The notes under the pieces were generated by a model. The model worked only from the letters and a program-made list of their open reading frames with translations. It made no database searches and was not told the DNA's origin. The translations under genes and the position numbers were made by a program. From Minutocellus sp. GHC0000111 (taxonomy: Eukaryota): 64,000 bases of DNA. This document shows positions 1-11,267 of this stretch, piece after piece (within the stretch, counting starts at the first letter, position 1; the number at the start of each line of letters is the position of its first letter). The stretch is taken from contig OZ361259.1 in assembly GCA_977018835.1 (NCBI GenBank), forward strand, positions 1,860,001-1,924,000, in the 5' to 3' direction.

Positions 1-3000
1 TCTTTTCAGTGAGCTCGTACCGGACATTGAATTTTTGGGTGATTTCTATTTTCAGATTTCCGGTCAGGCCCTCTTCTATAATGGCCAGGGCACCCTGCCG
101 ACAGAAGCAGAGTTGGCAGCAACGCAATCGGCTTATCTGACGGAGGAGAATCTATTGCTGGCATTGCAGCAATCAGACTTGACTCAGTTGAGAACAGTCA
201 CGGGCACTTCTGTTGTCAATCTTGATCCTGGCGAAGTTTATGTCATCACAAGAACCGAGTCGCCTTCAGCATCGCCGAGTGGAGATCCAAGCTCGCTGCC
301 GAGTTCTCTACCCAGTTCAGATCCAAGCTCCACTCCATCGACGTCTCCGTCGGATTCGCCAAGCTCGATTCCATCGTCAATGCCCTCTGATGGGCCATCA
401 TCGGTACCCTCCGCTGGACCGTCTATCTCTCATGCACCCACAATATCTCACGCTCCTACGACGAGCCCGACGATTTCGCCCAAACCAAGCGTCAGCGCCG
501 AACCCTCGTCCATTCCAAGCGCTTCGCCGTCCGATTTACCTAGCCTGGAGCCTTCGGGATCTCCAAGTTTGTCGCCATCGGCTATTCCGAGTACCGAGGT
601 AAGTTTTGAATTTTGTGGTCATGACTTTTTTCTGGATTTTTATATTCCTCTACATGCACTTCACTCACCCTTCGCGTTCTTGCCATCCATCAATCTCGAT
701 TACTCTCTTCCACAGCCATCAAGCAGCCCTTCGGCATTGCCAAGCGCTGCTCCTTCGCAGACGCCCTCGACTCCTGCCCCGAGCTCGAAACCCTCGCCAA
801 TGCCAACAGTCCAATCTGGTAATCCGACGAGGCGGCCCGTGACGCCAGATCCAACGCAATCACCAACGACGTCAGAGCCGTCGCCGTCGCCCAGCTCTTC
901 TCCAAGCGTTTCTCCATCGGCGAGGTGAGTATTGCTGCGCTGATCTTGGGGGGTATCTCACTGCCCCGGGAGCAAGTCGTCTTACGATTGAAACTTTATT
1001 TTCATCTCTGATCTCACTTTTCCTGGCCTCTCTTGTTTTCTTTCCTTTCATTTCCTTCAGCCCGTCGACAATCCCATCGAGCAATCCTTCCAGCAGTCCG
1101 TCATTGAACCCCTCGAGTATTCCACCGGCAAGGTGAGCTCCATCTTTGATTTGATCTTTTCATGAATTTTGTGTTCTTGTCCGTCTCGTTTTGAAGTTGT
1201 GACAGATCATGTCGATCATCACCCCCTTTGTCGCTCTTTTTGGCATGGTCCACCCATCTCCGCACTCATCCTTGTCCATGTTATCGTTGCAACTGCAGGC
1301 CGTCCTCTCTGCCATCGGTTTTACCGTCCGTACAGCCAACCCCCGCACCTACAAATATGCCGACAGTGACTTCTGGAAGCCCGTCGAAGAAGCCGGTGAC
1401 CTCACAACCTTCGCCTGCCCCAATGCCTGAACCGACGCCAGAGCCGACGCCAGATCCTACCAAAGCTCCCAGCAAAAGTCCGACGAAGGTGAGGATCGAG
1501 TTTCGAGTTCATTTTGACGTATATCTTTGGCCGGCGATATTGAAAAAGTTCTTGCATCATGCCTTTTCTCATTGTTACATATTATTCATTGCTTGCCGCT
1601 CTCTCTTCTCTGCAGGACCCCACATCTAGCCCCACGGATAATCCAACAAAGGCGAGTAATTGATATACTTGTCGACTTCAATCGCTTGTTCTTTTCTTGT
1701 TTGTCGTGTTTACAATAATCTGATTTTGATTTTTTTCTGAAAATCTCGTGCTAATCGATACCGTGATATCTATATGCCCTTGTTTCCTTTCCGCCGCACA
1801 ATTGTCTGTTCACAGGCTCCAACATCAAGCCCGACAAAAGCTCCATCACCAGGGCCAACGCCTGTGCCTACAACGGCAGCCCCGTCGCCCAAACCGACCA
1901 ATATGCCGACTGTAACGTCCGGACAGCCGAGCAAGAGACCTGTAACAAAGGCGCCGAGCTCTTCTCCTACAAAGGCGCCCAGCGCGTCTCCAACCCCGGG
2001 CCCAACAAAACAGCCATCGGCAAGCCCTACTTCATCGGTAAGTGCATAGTTGAAGTCGCAGTTGTAAAAAAAATCCGGGTCGATCTATTTGTCTCATTTG
2101 CATTGAAATCCCAAATTTTCCCTCGTCTCACACATCTCTCTTGCTTGTTTTTCTTCCTTTCCGCAGCCAACGACTCCAAAGCCCACAAAAGCACCAACCA
2201 AGGCGCCAACGGCAGCCCCTTCTCCTCAGCCAACGGATATGCCAACGGTCAAATCCGGCGAGCCGAGCAGGAAACCGACAACCGGCGCTCCAACGACCTC
2301 GGCTCCAACGCCTGTGCCGACAATACCCATCTTCAAGGAGGCAGCAGTGGAAGAAATCACCGCTTCTCCTACGACTGCGTCGCCGACCTTCTTCCCTACA
2401 GAGGCGGCGGTTATGACGCACGGAACGTTCGAGGTTCAATTCGAGGGTCTCTGCATGCGCAACTTCGGTGCAGTTGAGCTGGACGAAAAGATCAAACTCG
2501 AAACAGCTCTTCTGGAGAACTTTGTTGCCATGGAGGAGTGCGAGGCTGTCAACGAAGCAAGGATCAAGACTGTCAGTATTACAATGATTGAATTTACCCA
2601 CTCCGAGTCCTGCTTTGGCGGTGGGTATGGGGGGAGAGCGGGGGCAAAATTCCACAAGAGGACCGTTCCGGTCGCAGATCTTGACTGGGATGGAGCGCCC
2701 CGATCTCTCAATCCGCTGACCGATTCTGGCGCTGGATCGCGTCAGCTGCTGGGTCGCGAATTGCAATCTCAATCCTCCCGTCGCGCCGATTGTAGAGAAC
2801 TACAGACCAAGGACCTTGAGGCGCGTCTCAAGACCAAGGGCTTTCGCGTCGATGAGGATTCAACGATTGTCTTCGAGGAGGAGCTTCACGACTGCTCACC
2901 TGATAGCCAGAGCTGTTTAAATCCAGCGAATGGAGAATCTCCCTGCTGTGGTGTAGAGGGATGCGCCTGTCGTCATGTATCTCAAAGTCTATGCTTGTCC

Positions 3001-6000
3001 GTTAGGTGCGACCTCAAACCTGACGTGTGCTGTTTCCTCATGGACGATGACTTCAACTATGTTTTCCCGCCCTGCAAATTTACGGACCACTGCAAGGCTC
3101 TGGAAAATGTGGCAGTCTTTGAGACCTTTGAGGTTGATTTCGGTGCGCACATACAGAGGATGGCGAGTTGTCCGTCGAAAAGGCAGAAAGTCTCGAGACG
3201 GGCCTTCTTACTTATTTCGAAGAAGTTGAGGAAAAAGAGCGGGAAGAGAAGAAGAAGGAGGAACAGAAGCAGCAGTTGGAGCAGGAATGTGGTGCTGGAC
3301 GCCGCGAGCTAGGTATTTTCGATCATCGCAACGGCGATGGTTCTACCGTCATCGTGGATGTGTATCGCGACGAGGATATGAAGATTGAAAGTGTGACGCT
3401 GCGCGAATTCATCGAGGGCGATGCCTGTTTGGACAAGTCCCGCGATCGGTGGCGCCGCCAGCTCCAGCGTCGGAAGAAGAGCAAAGGCAAGTTCAACCGC
3501 AAGAAAGCACTTAATCGTCGCCGATCCGATAGTTCCGCTTCCAAGATGTTCTCGCCCGGTGCTGGTCGTGGTAGGCGAGAACTCGAGCTTCAAAATGAAC
3601 GAGAACTTCAAGGTGTTGACTGCGAGCAATTAAAGGCTGAAGTCGAAAAGGCCGAGCAGGAGGAACTGGAAAGTCCCAAAGAAGAACCAAATCTGTTGGA
3701 AATTTTGGTAGATACAGGTGCTGCTGATGCCGACGAGATCGGAGAAGTAGTTGTTGAAGCTGTCGAAGTCCAGGATTGCGTCTTTGGTAGCCCTGCATGT
3801 AGCGGAGAAGAGGGTACTTGCTGTGGCAGTCCTTTCTGCACTTGCAACCGCGTATCGGCGAGTTTGTGCAAATCCGAAAAGTGTACCAGTGACGAGGTGC
3901 TCGACTTTTGTTGCGAGGAAGATGGCGGCGAGTTCACCTTTGATTTCTGCGAGGAAACATGTGAAGCTATGCCCTCCGAGGCTCCGAGTGCTGCGCCAAC
4001 AATTTGCAGACCGCCATCGGACGCCCCGACCAAAGTGGCTACTCCTGCGCCGACAATCAGTGCAGCACCTTCCGTTAGGTAAGATCGACTTTTCAGTTGG
4101 CTGTGCCGATTTGGCAAGGCCTCACATTACAAAATATTCATGTTCCTCATCTCAATCCTCTTCTCTCATCCTCTACAACTTACCATCTCTTTCGCTATGC
4201 AGTCCGAGGCCAACTACAACTCCTACCAAGTCTGCCGCTCCGTCGATTAGCGCCATGCCAACGGAGGCTCCGGTGACCTCTCCGCCCACGTTGTTCCCGA
4301 CGACTTCGCCGACCGACCGGCCAACGACAGGATCACCTACTTTCTTCCCCACCGAGTCGGCTACAACTACCTACGGGACCTTCGAGGTTGAATTCGTTGG
4401 TCTTTGTACCGGCGATTTCGGTGGAGTTAGTCTGGACGAGAAGTTGGGTATGGAAACGGCCCTCATTGACTACTTCATTGCCGTTGAAGAATGTGAAGCA
4501 GCAGCAGAGCCCAGGGTTCGCACAGTCAGTGTCACGCTCGTCGAGTTCACTCACGACGAGACCTGTCTAGACTCTACTACCGGCAGTGGTACTGGGGCAA
4601 GCCGTGGTCGATTCCACAAGACCACCGTCCCGATCGCTGATCTCGAGTGGGATGGGGTGCCTCGTAGCCTCCAACCTTCAGATGACGATGGTCGGCGGCT
4701 GCAGTCTGGCAATAATTGCAAGAGCCAGGGCCTTGAAGGTCGCCTCATCGGAAAGGGCCTCTCGGTTCTATATGCCGAAGTGTCTACCGAGGAGCTTCAT
4801 GACTGTTCCGCAACAAGTGATAGCTGTCAAGACCCTCGCGGTAATGATTCCCCTTGCTGTGGCGTCGACGGCTGTGTTTGCAAGCAGGTATCGCAGAGTC
4901 TCTGCGTATCAGCTCGTTGTAAGCTTGAGCCCGATGTGTGCTGTTTTCTCATGGACGACGATTTCAACTACGTCTATCCGCCTTGCAAGTTCACCGACCA
5001 TTGTGAAGCTGCCGAGAACATTGCCATCTTCGAGACCTTTGAAGTTGACTTTGGCGGTCTCTGCGCTGATACTGAGGACGGCGAGCTATCCAACGAAAAG
5101 ATTTCCAATCTCGAAGAAGGATTGCTCACGTTCTTCGTCGAGGTCGATAAACAGGAGCAGTGCGAGGCGAACCACTTTGTGCGAATGCTCCAGAGCGGTG
5201 ATAGCACGGCTACGGTTACCGTCATTAGAGACGAGAATATGAAGGTGGAGAGCGTGACGCTAAGCGAGTTCATCGAGGGCGACGATTGCAAAGATGCCAC
5301 TCGGCGACATCGTCAGCTGCAACGGCGCAAATCGAGCATGGGCAAGTTCAACCGCAAGAAGGCCCTCAATCGACGTCGGTCCGATAGCTCTAACTCCAAG
5401 ATGTTCACTCCTGGTGGCGGACGAGGTCGTGAAAGAGCACTGCGCCGAAAGATGCAAGAGTGTGAAGAGGTTCTTCGGGAGAAGCCTGATCTAGTCGAGA
5501 TATTGGCAGACACCGGCATCACCGATATTGAAGAGATTGAGGTTGCCGAGCCCGTCGTCCAGGACTGTGTTCAAGGCATTCCGGCATGCTCCAGCGACGA
5601 AGGTACTTGCTGTGGAAGTCCTTTCTGCACCTGTAATCGAGTGTCAGCGAGTTTATGCAAGTCCGAAAAGTGCGCCAGTGATGAGGTCATGGACTTTTGT
5701 TGCGAGGCGGATGGAGGTCTGTTCACCTTTGACTTCTGCGAGGAGACGTGTGAAGCCATGCCCTCCGAGGCCCCCAGCGCCGCCCCAACCGTTAGTATGG
5801 AGCCCTCTGTTTCGCCAACGGACTTGGCTGTGGCGACCTACGGCACTCTGGAGGTGGAATTTGTCGGCTTTTGTGCCCAAGAGTTTGGCTCCCTTCTGCT
5901 AGAAGAGACGGTGGCTATCGAAACGTCCCTCATCGAGTACTTCAATGCCATCGAAGAGTGTGATCGCACCGGCTTTTCCTGGAGTTCTTCGTTGAGAGCG

Positions 6001-9000
6001 AGGAACAGGAAGCTGCCAAGGAGCAGTGCGAGGCTGCATCAGATACAGGTGCCCTCTCGCTGTTCTCCTTGACACCTCGCGGCCTCCAGGATAGTACCGC
6101 CACCGTCCAAGTAACACGGGATGAAAATCTCAAGGTCGAAAGTGTTACCCTCGTCGAGTTCGAAGAGGCCGATAGTTGTCAAGACAACATAGTCGGCCGA
6201 GCCCGAGGATGGGCCGGCGGTCGAGAGTTGCAACGTCGTAAATCGAGCAAGGGCAAGTTCAATCGCAAGAAGGCCCTCAATCGACGTCGGTCCGATAGTG
6301 CCCTTTTCAAGGACAGCCAGGTCAAGGGTCCGAGAGGTTCAAATCGGCGCAAGCTACAGCAACAGCAAAACTGCGACGAGGTCCTTGCCCTCGAACCCCC
6401 GAATCTCGTCGAGATCCTGGTAGAATCAGGGCTCGATGAGGTAACGGAGATTGAAGTCGAGAAGCCCGTCGTTCAGGACTGCGTCCGTGATAGTCCGGCG
6501 TGCTCAGGAGACGAAGGTTCTTGTTGCGGAAGTCCTTTCTGCACCTGCAACCGCGTATCGGCGAGTTTGTGCAAGTCCGAAAAGTGTACTAGTGTCGAAG
6601 TACTCGACTTTTGCTGTGAAGCGGATAGTGGTGTCTTCACCTTTGATTTCTGCGAGGAAACATGTGAAGCTATGCCCTCCGAGGCTCCCAGTGCAGCTCC
6701 TACGGAGAATCTGGAACCTCCGCCGCCTTTATTCCTTACTGCGACTCATGGAACGTTTGAAGTGGAATTCGATGGCATCTGTGCGTCGAGTATGTCCGGA
6801 TCCATCATTGTCAGCGAGTCGGAAGATATTACCACCTACCTCAAGGAGAAGGCTGACATCGAGACGTCGCTGCTTGAATACTTCAACAGTATGGAAGAAT
6901 GCGAAGGCAGAGGCGCCAAGACGGTCAGTACTACTCTCGTCGAATGTCGAGATGGCCGAGGACGATTCCACAAGAACACCGTCCCCACTGTGCCTCAGGA
7001 TACTTCCCTTTGCAACCAGGTCGGCCTTGTGGACCGTCTAGTCTTCCGAGGCCTCCCGGTCACATCCGCCAGAGTCCTCCGAGAGGATATTCACGATTGC
7101 TCCGCCTTTAGCTCCAGCTGTAGAGCTTCCGACAATGGAGGCTCACCTTGCTGTGGAGTCGAGGGTTGTGTCTGCCGTCACGATTCACAGAGTCTTTGTT
7201 CCTCCAAGAGTTGTAATCTTGACCCAGATGTGTGCTGCCTATTGTTAGACGACGACTTCACCTACGTCTACCCCCCGTGTCTGTTTACAGATCACTGCAA
7301 AATGGTCGAGGAGAAAGCCATTTATGAGACCTTTGAGGTCGATTTTGGTGGTCTTTGTGCCGACGAACAAGACGGTGAATTGTCCATCGAGCAGATTGAG
7401 AGCCTCGAAGAGGGTATGCTGGAATTCTTCATCAAGGAAGAGGAGTGCGGTAGCGCGAGGCGAGTCTTGCAGTCCACTGGTACGATTGTGACCGAAACTG
7501 ACGAGAACTTGAAGGTCGAAAGTGTCACCCTCATTGACTTTGTTGAGAGCGATGATTGTAATGCCGCAAGAGCCAACGGTGCTGGAGGGCGTGCCCTTCA
7601 GCGCAGAAAGTCCAGCAAGGGCAAGTTCCAACGGAAGAAGGCCGTCAACAGACGTCGTTCCAGTAGTGACGCGGCCAAGGCGCTGAGGCCTGCGCGTCCC
7701 GGTGATGCCAACCGGCGTCGAGCCCAACAAGATGGGTGTGCAGCTGAAGACCTTGACCTCGTCAAGATTCTCAATGACCAAGGCCTTACCGAGCTCACCG
7801 AGATTACCGTCGCCGAGCCGGAAGTCCTTGACTGCTCTGAGGGTACCGCCGCGTGCTCCAGTGACGAGGGTCTGTGTTGTGGTAGTCCAGGTTGTGCCTG
7901 CGCTCGTGTCTCTTCCAGTCTCTGTATATCGGAGAAATGCGTCAGTGACGAAGTAGTGGACTTTTGCCGCGAATCCGATGGCCGTGGGTACACCTACGAC
8001 TTTTGCGAGGACACCTGTGACGCGTTGCGTGCGGTCACCGAGCCAGCCACATCCACCTACGGCACCTTCGATGTTGACTTTGTTGGCATTTGCGACAATA
8101 CTTTTGATCTCGGAGCCCAAGAGAAGCTCGACATCGAGACCTCTCTTTTCGAGTACTTCAACAGCATCGAGGAATGCGAGACCAACGACAAGCGTACAGT
8201 CAGCATTACCCTCGTTGGCTGCAAGGATGGTCGGGGTCGATTTCACAAAAATTCTGCGCCAATTGAACCTTTGAGCACATTCTTCAGCTCACAGTGCAAT
8301 CGCTTGAATCTGGTAGATCGCCTTGTCGATCGAGGTCTGCCTGTCGCATCGGCGAGGGTATTGGATGAATCTCTTCATGATTGCTCGTCCTTCAGCTCGA
8401 GCTGCTTCAACCCGCCCGAGGGGGAATCTCCCTGCTGCGGCGTAGAGGGTTGCGTCTGTCGGCATGATTCGCAGAGTCTCTGCGTTGCCAATGAGTGCAA
8501 CATCGACCCTGATGTTTGCTGTCTCCTACTTGATGACGAATTCACCTACTTCTACCCTCCTTGTCTTTTTACCAGCCATTGCAAGATGGTGGAGGAGCTG
8601 GCCATATTCGAGATGGTCGAGGTTGACTTTGGCGGTCTCTGCGCCGAGTCCGATGGCGGAGAGCTGTCTCTGGATCAAATGGACGATCTCGAGCAGGGCA
8701 TGCTAACATTCTTCGAGAACGAGGAGCAATGTCAAAAAGCCGAGTCGGACGTGACGGGCCTGAGTGCCGGGTCGAGTAGTATATTCGACGGGGGCATTCG
8801 CCTCCTCCAAACCAGTTCGGTGTTTGCTGTAGAGAATGACGAGACTATGAGATCGAGAGTGTCACGCTCATTGAGTTCATCGAGAGCGATGAATGTGCCA
8901 ATACCAGGGCCGCTGCTCCGCTTGACGGTGGAACAGGCCGAGCTTTGCAACGAAGAAAGACAAGCAAGGGCAAATTCCAACGAAAGAAGGCAATCAATCG

Positions 9001-11149
9001 TCGCCGTTCTGCCAGCACAGCCCTCAAGGGTCCACGTCGTCGGTCTCTTCAGGAGTGCGAAGCCGAAGATCTTGATCTTGTGACAATCCTCAACAATCAA
9101 GGCCTGAAGGAAGTCAGTGATGTCGGAGTCGCCCCGCCGCAAGCTCTTGACTGCTCCGAAGGCACTGCCGCCTGTTCGAGTGACGAAGGCCTGTGTTGTG
9201 GCAGTCCGGGCTGTGTCTGTACCCGTGTATCATCGAGCCTCTGCTTATCGGAGAAGTGCATCAGCGATGAGGTCGTGGACTTTTGCTGCGAGGCCAACGG
9301 TGGAGATTATACCTACGACTTCTGCCAAAACACATGCGATACCCTCTTCGCTCCCTCCATGTTCTACGAAACCTTTGAAGTGGAGTTCGTAGGCATCTGT
9401 GATGGTGAAACCGCCTCTGTTGGTCTACAGGATAAGACCAGCATAGAGACTGCTCTCATCGACCACTTTAACAACGTCGAGAGTTGCGACGAGACCATGG
9501 GGGTATCTACTGTCAGTGTAACACTCATCCAATGCGAAGGAAGTCGAGGCCGATTCCACAAGTCAGCCGAGGTAGTTTCAGAGCAGTCCGAATCGTCCAC
9601 CAACGGACAATGCAGTAGTCAGGGTCTCATCGACCATTTCGCAAACCAAGGCCTTCCAGCAACATCGGCCGACATTACTGACGAGATATCGCATGATTGC
9701 TCCATCTTTAGTTCCAGCTGCTTCAACCCGCCCGAGGGAGAGTCTCCTTGCTGCGGTGCTGAGGGCTGTGTCTGCAACCACGACTCTCAGAGTCTGTGTG
9801 TGACGAATGCCTGCAGTCTTGAGCCGGATACTTGCTGTCTGCTACTTGATGATAACTTCTCCTATGTTTATCCGCCGTGCTTGTTCAAACCGCATTGTCA
9901 GATCATGGAGGAGGCTGCTATATACGAGGCGTTTGAGATCGATTTTGGAGATGGCTTCTGTGCCGGTCCAAACGGAGAGCTGTCGCTGGAGGAAATCGAA
10001 AGCCTCGAAAAGGGAATCTTGACCTACTTTGAGAACGAGGAGAAGTGTGAGGCCTTGCCCAACCCGAGATTTGCCGGCCACAGCCTGCCATCTCCGAATG
10101 GGGGCAGAGCTCTCGATACAATTGCGGTAAAGATCCCCGAGGGCGACGTGGGTACCGTCAGTGTGACGCTCCTTCAATTCACAGAGAGCGAAGCGTGCGG
10201 AAGAGGCAGAGGCAGTGGTGGCAGGGCATTGCATCGACGAAGAACGAGCAAGGGCAAATTTCAGCGCAAGAAAGCTGTAAACCGGCGGCGGCCAGAAAAC
10301 GCCATTGGCAAGGCCCGAGGTGATGGAGGACGACGGCGGCAGCTCCAAGATGAATCACAGTGCCAAGCCGACGATCTCGATCTAGTCAAGATTCTCAACG
10401 AAGAGGGACTTGCCGGCATAAAGGACATTGCCATATCGCCTCCCGTCATTCTCGACTGCTCCGAGGGTACCGCCGAGTGCTCGAGCGAGGAAGGTGTGTG
10501 TTGCGGAAGCACCGGCTGCAACTGTGCACGTGTATCGTCGAGTCTGTGCCTTTCCGAGAAGTGCGTGAGCGACGAGGTAGTAGATTTTTGCTGTGAACAA
10601 ACCGGCGTTATGGAGCAACCATACGTCTTTGACTTTTGCGAGGATAAGTGCATTGTGCTGTTCCCGCCAGAACCCTTCGTCGCTTCTACCGAGCCCAAGA
10701 GTGTGCAGAAATCGGTGGTCGTCGCCGTCGGTACCGCCCTGGGTGTTCTGGCTGTCGTCGCTGGTCTGGTCATGGCCCTGAGAAATCATCGGGCCAAGCT
10801 CCAGCGTCAACGACGTTTTGACGAGTGGTCGAGGTCTTCACAATCGCAGGCGTCTGACTCTCGTGCAGGAGAGTCTCGCCGATCAGTTCAATCTCGCCGA
10901 TCCCGCCGAAGTGGCGGTGATGGCGGCGAAAGTGCTGGAACGGGAAGCAGATTTCAGAAGGATATTGATGTTCTCGACGACAATTGGGTCGGCAGCGAGA
11001 CATCGAGAAGCTCCGGCGATTGGGTCGGTGACGATACCTCTAGTTCGAGTGGCTTTGGTGGAAGAAGTACCGGTAGCTACGGGAGTGACAGTGGGCCGCC
11101 GGCACCGTTGATGGGTGCGAGACGAAGAGACTCGACCGCTAATGTTTAG
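1..11149 (+). CDS. Giant multi-exon type-I membrane protein, 5' incomplete: SEA-like domain, mucin-like P/T/S stalk, six tandem acidic Cys-rich A-B modules with RXL-flanked polybasic inserts, TM helix, S/R/G-rich tail
   Basis: Frame is open from base 2. Phase-consistent exons: <1-598, 716-924, 1061-1132, 1299-1488, 1616-1651, 1816-2037, 2167-4078, 4203-11149. Repeated PTKAPS/PSSSPS units. Modules begin (H/Y)(G/E)TFEV(E/D)FxGxC and end in CCGxxxCxCxxxSxSLC...C. TM SVVVAVGTALGVLAVVAGLVMAL at ~10712-10779. Frameshifts at ~3143, ~5970 and ~8850. Confidence 0.85.
2419..10650 (+). repeat. Six tandem ~1.3-1.6 kb coding repeat modules (A+B domain pairs)
   Basis: Approximate A/B starts: 2419/3110, 4372/5020, 5838 (truncated)/5978, 6747/7320, 8058/8600, 9364/9920. 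Near-identical nucleotide stretches recur, e.g. ggcaagttcaaccgcaagaa and gcgagtttgtgcaa.tccgaaaagtg. Confidence 0.9.
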
Positions 11150-11267
11150 GATGGAGGAAATGCAAGAATTGCATGCAGTTTTGAGAGGATGTGGGATGTA
11201 CAAAATTATCTACATTCACATACTTATATAAGAACAATTCTTCGGTTTTGATAGTAGCTACGTAGAT

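Noticed and set aside
3143..8850. Programmed ribosomal frameshifting in the giant gene
   Set aside because: The breaks occur at different positions in different modules, lack slippery heptamers and look like plain deletions relative to sister modules.
2128..11203. Many long antisense and alternate-frame ORFs over the giant gene (also over the PDE and CRAL-TRIO genes)
   Set aside because: Shadow ORFs expected from codon bias in ~55% GC coding DNA; no recognisable motifs.
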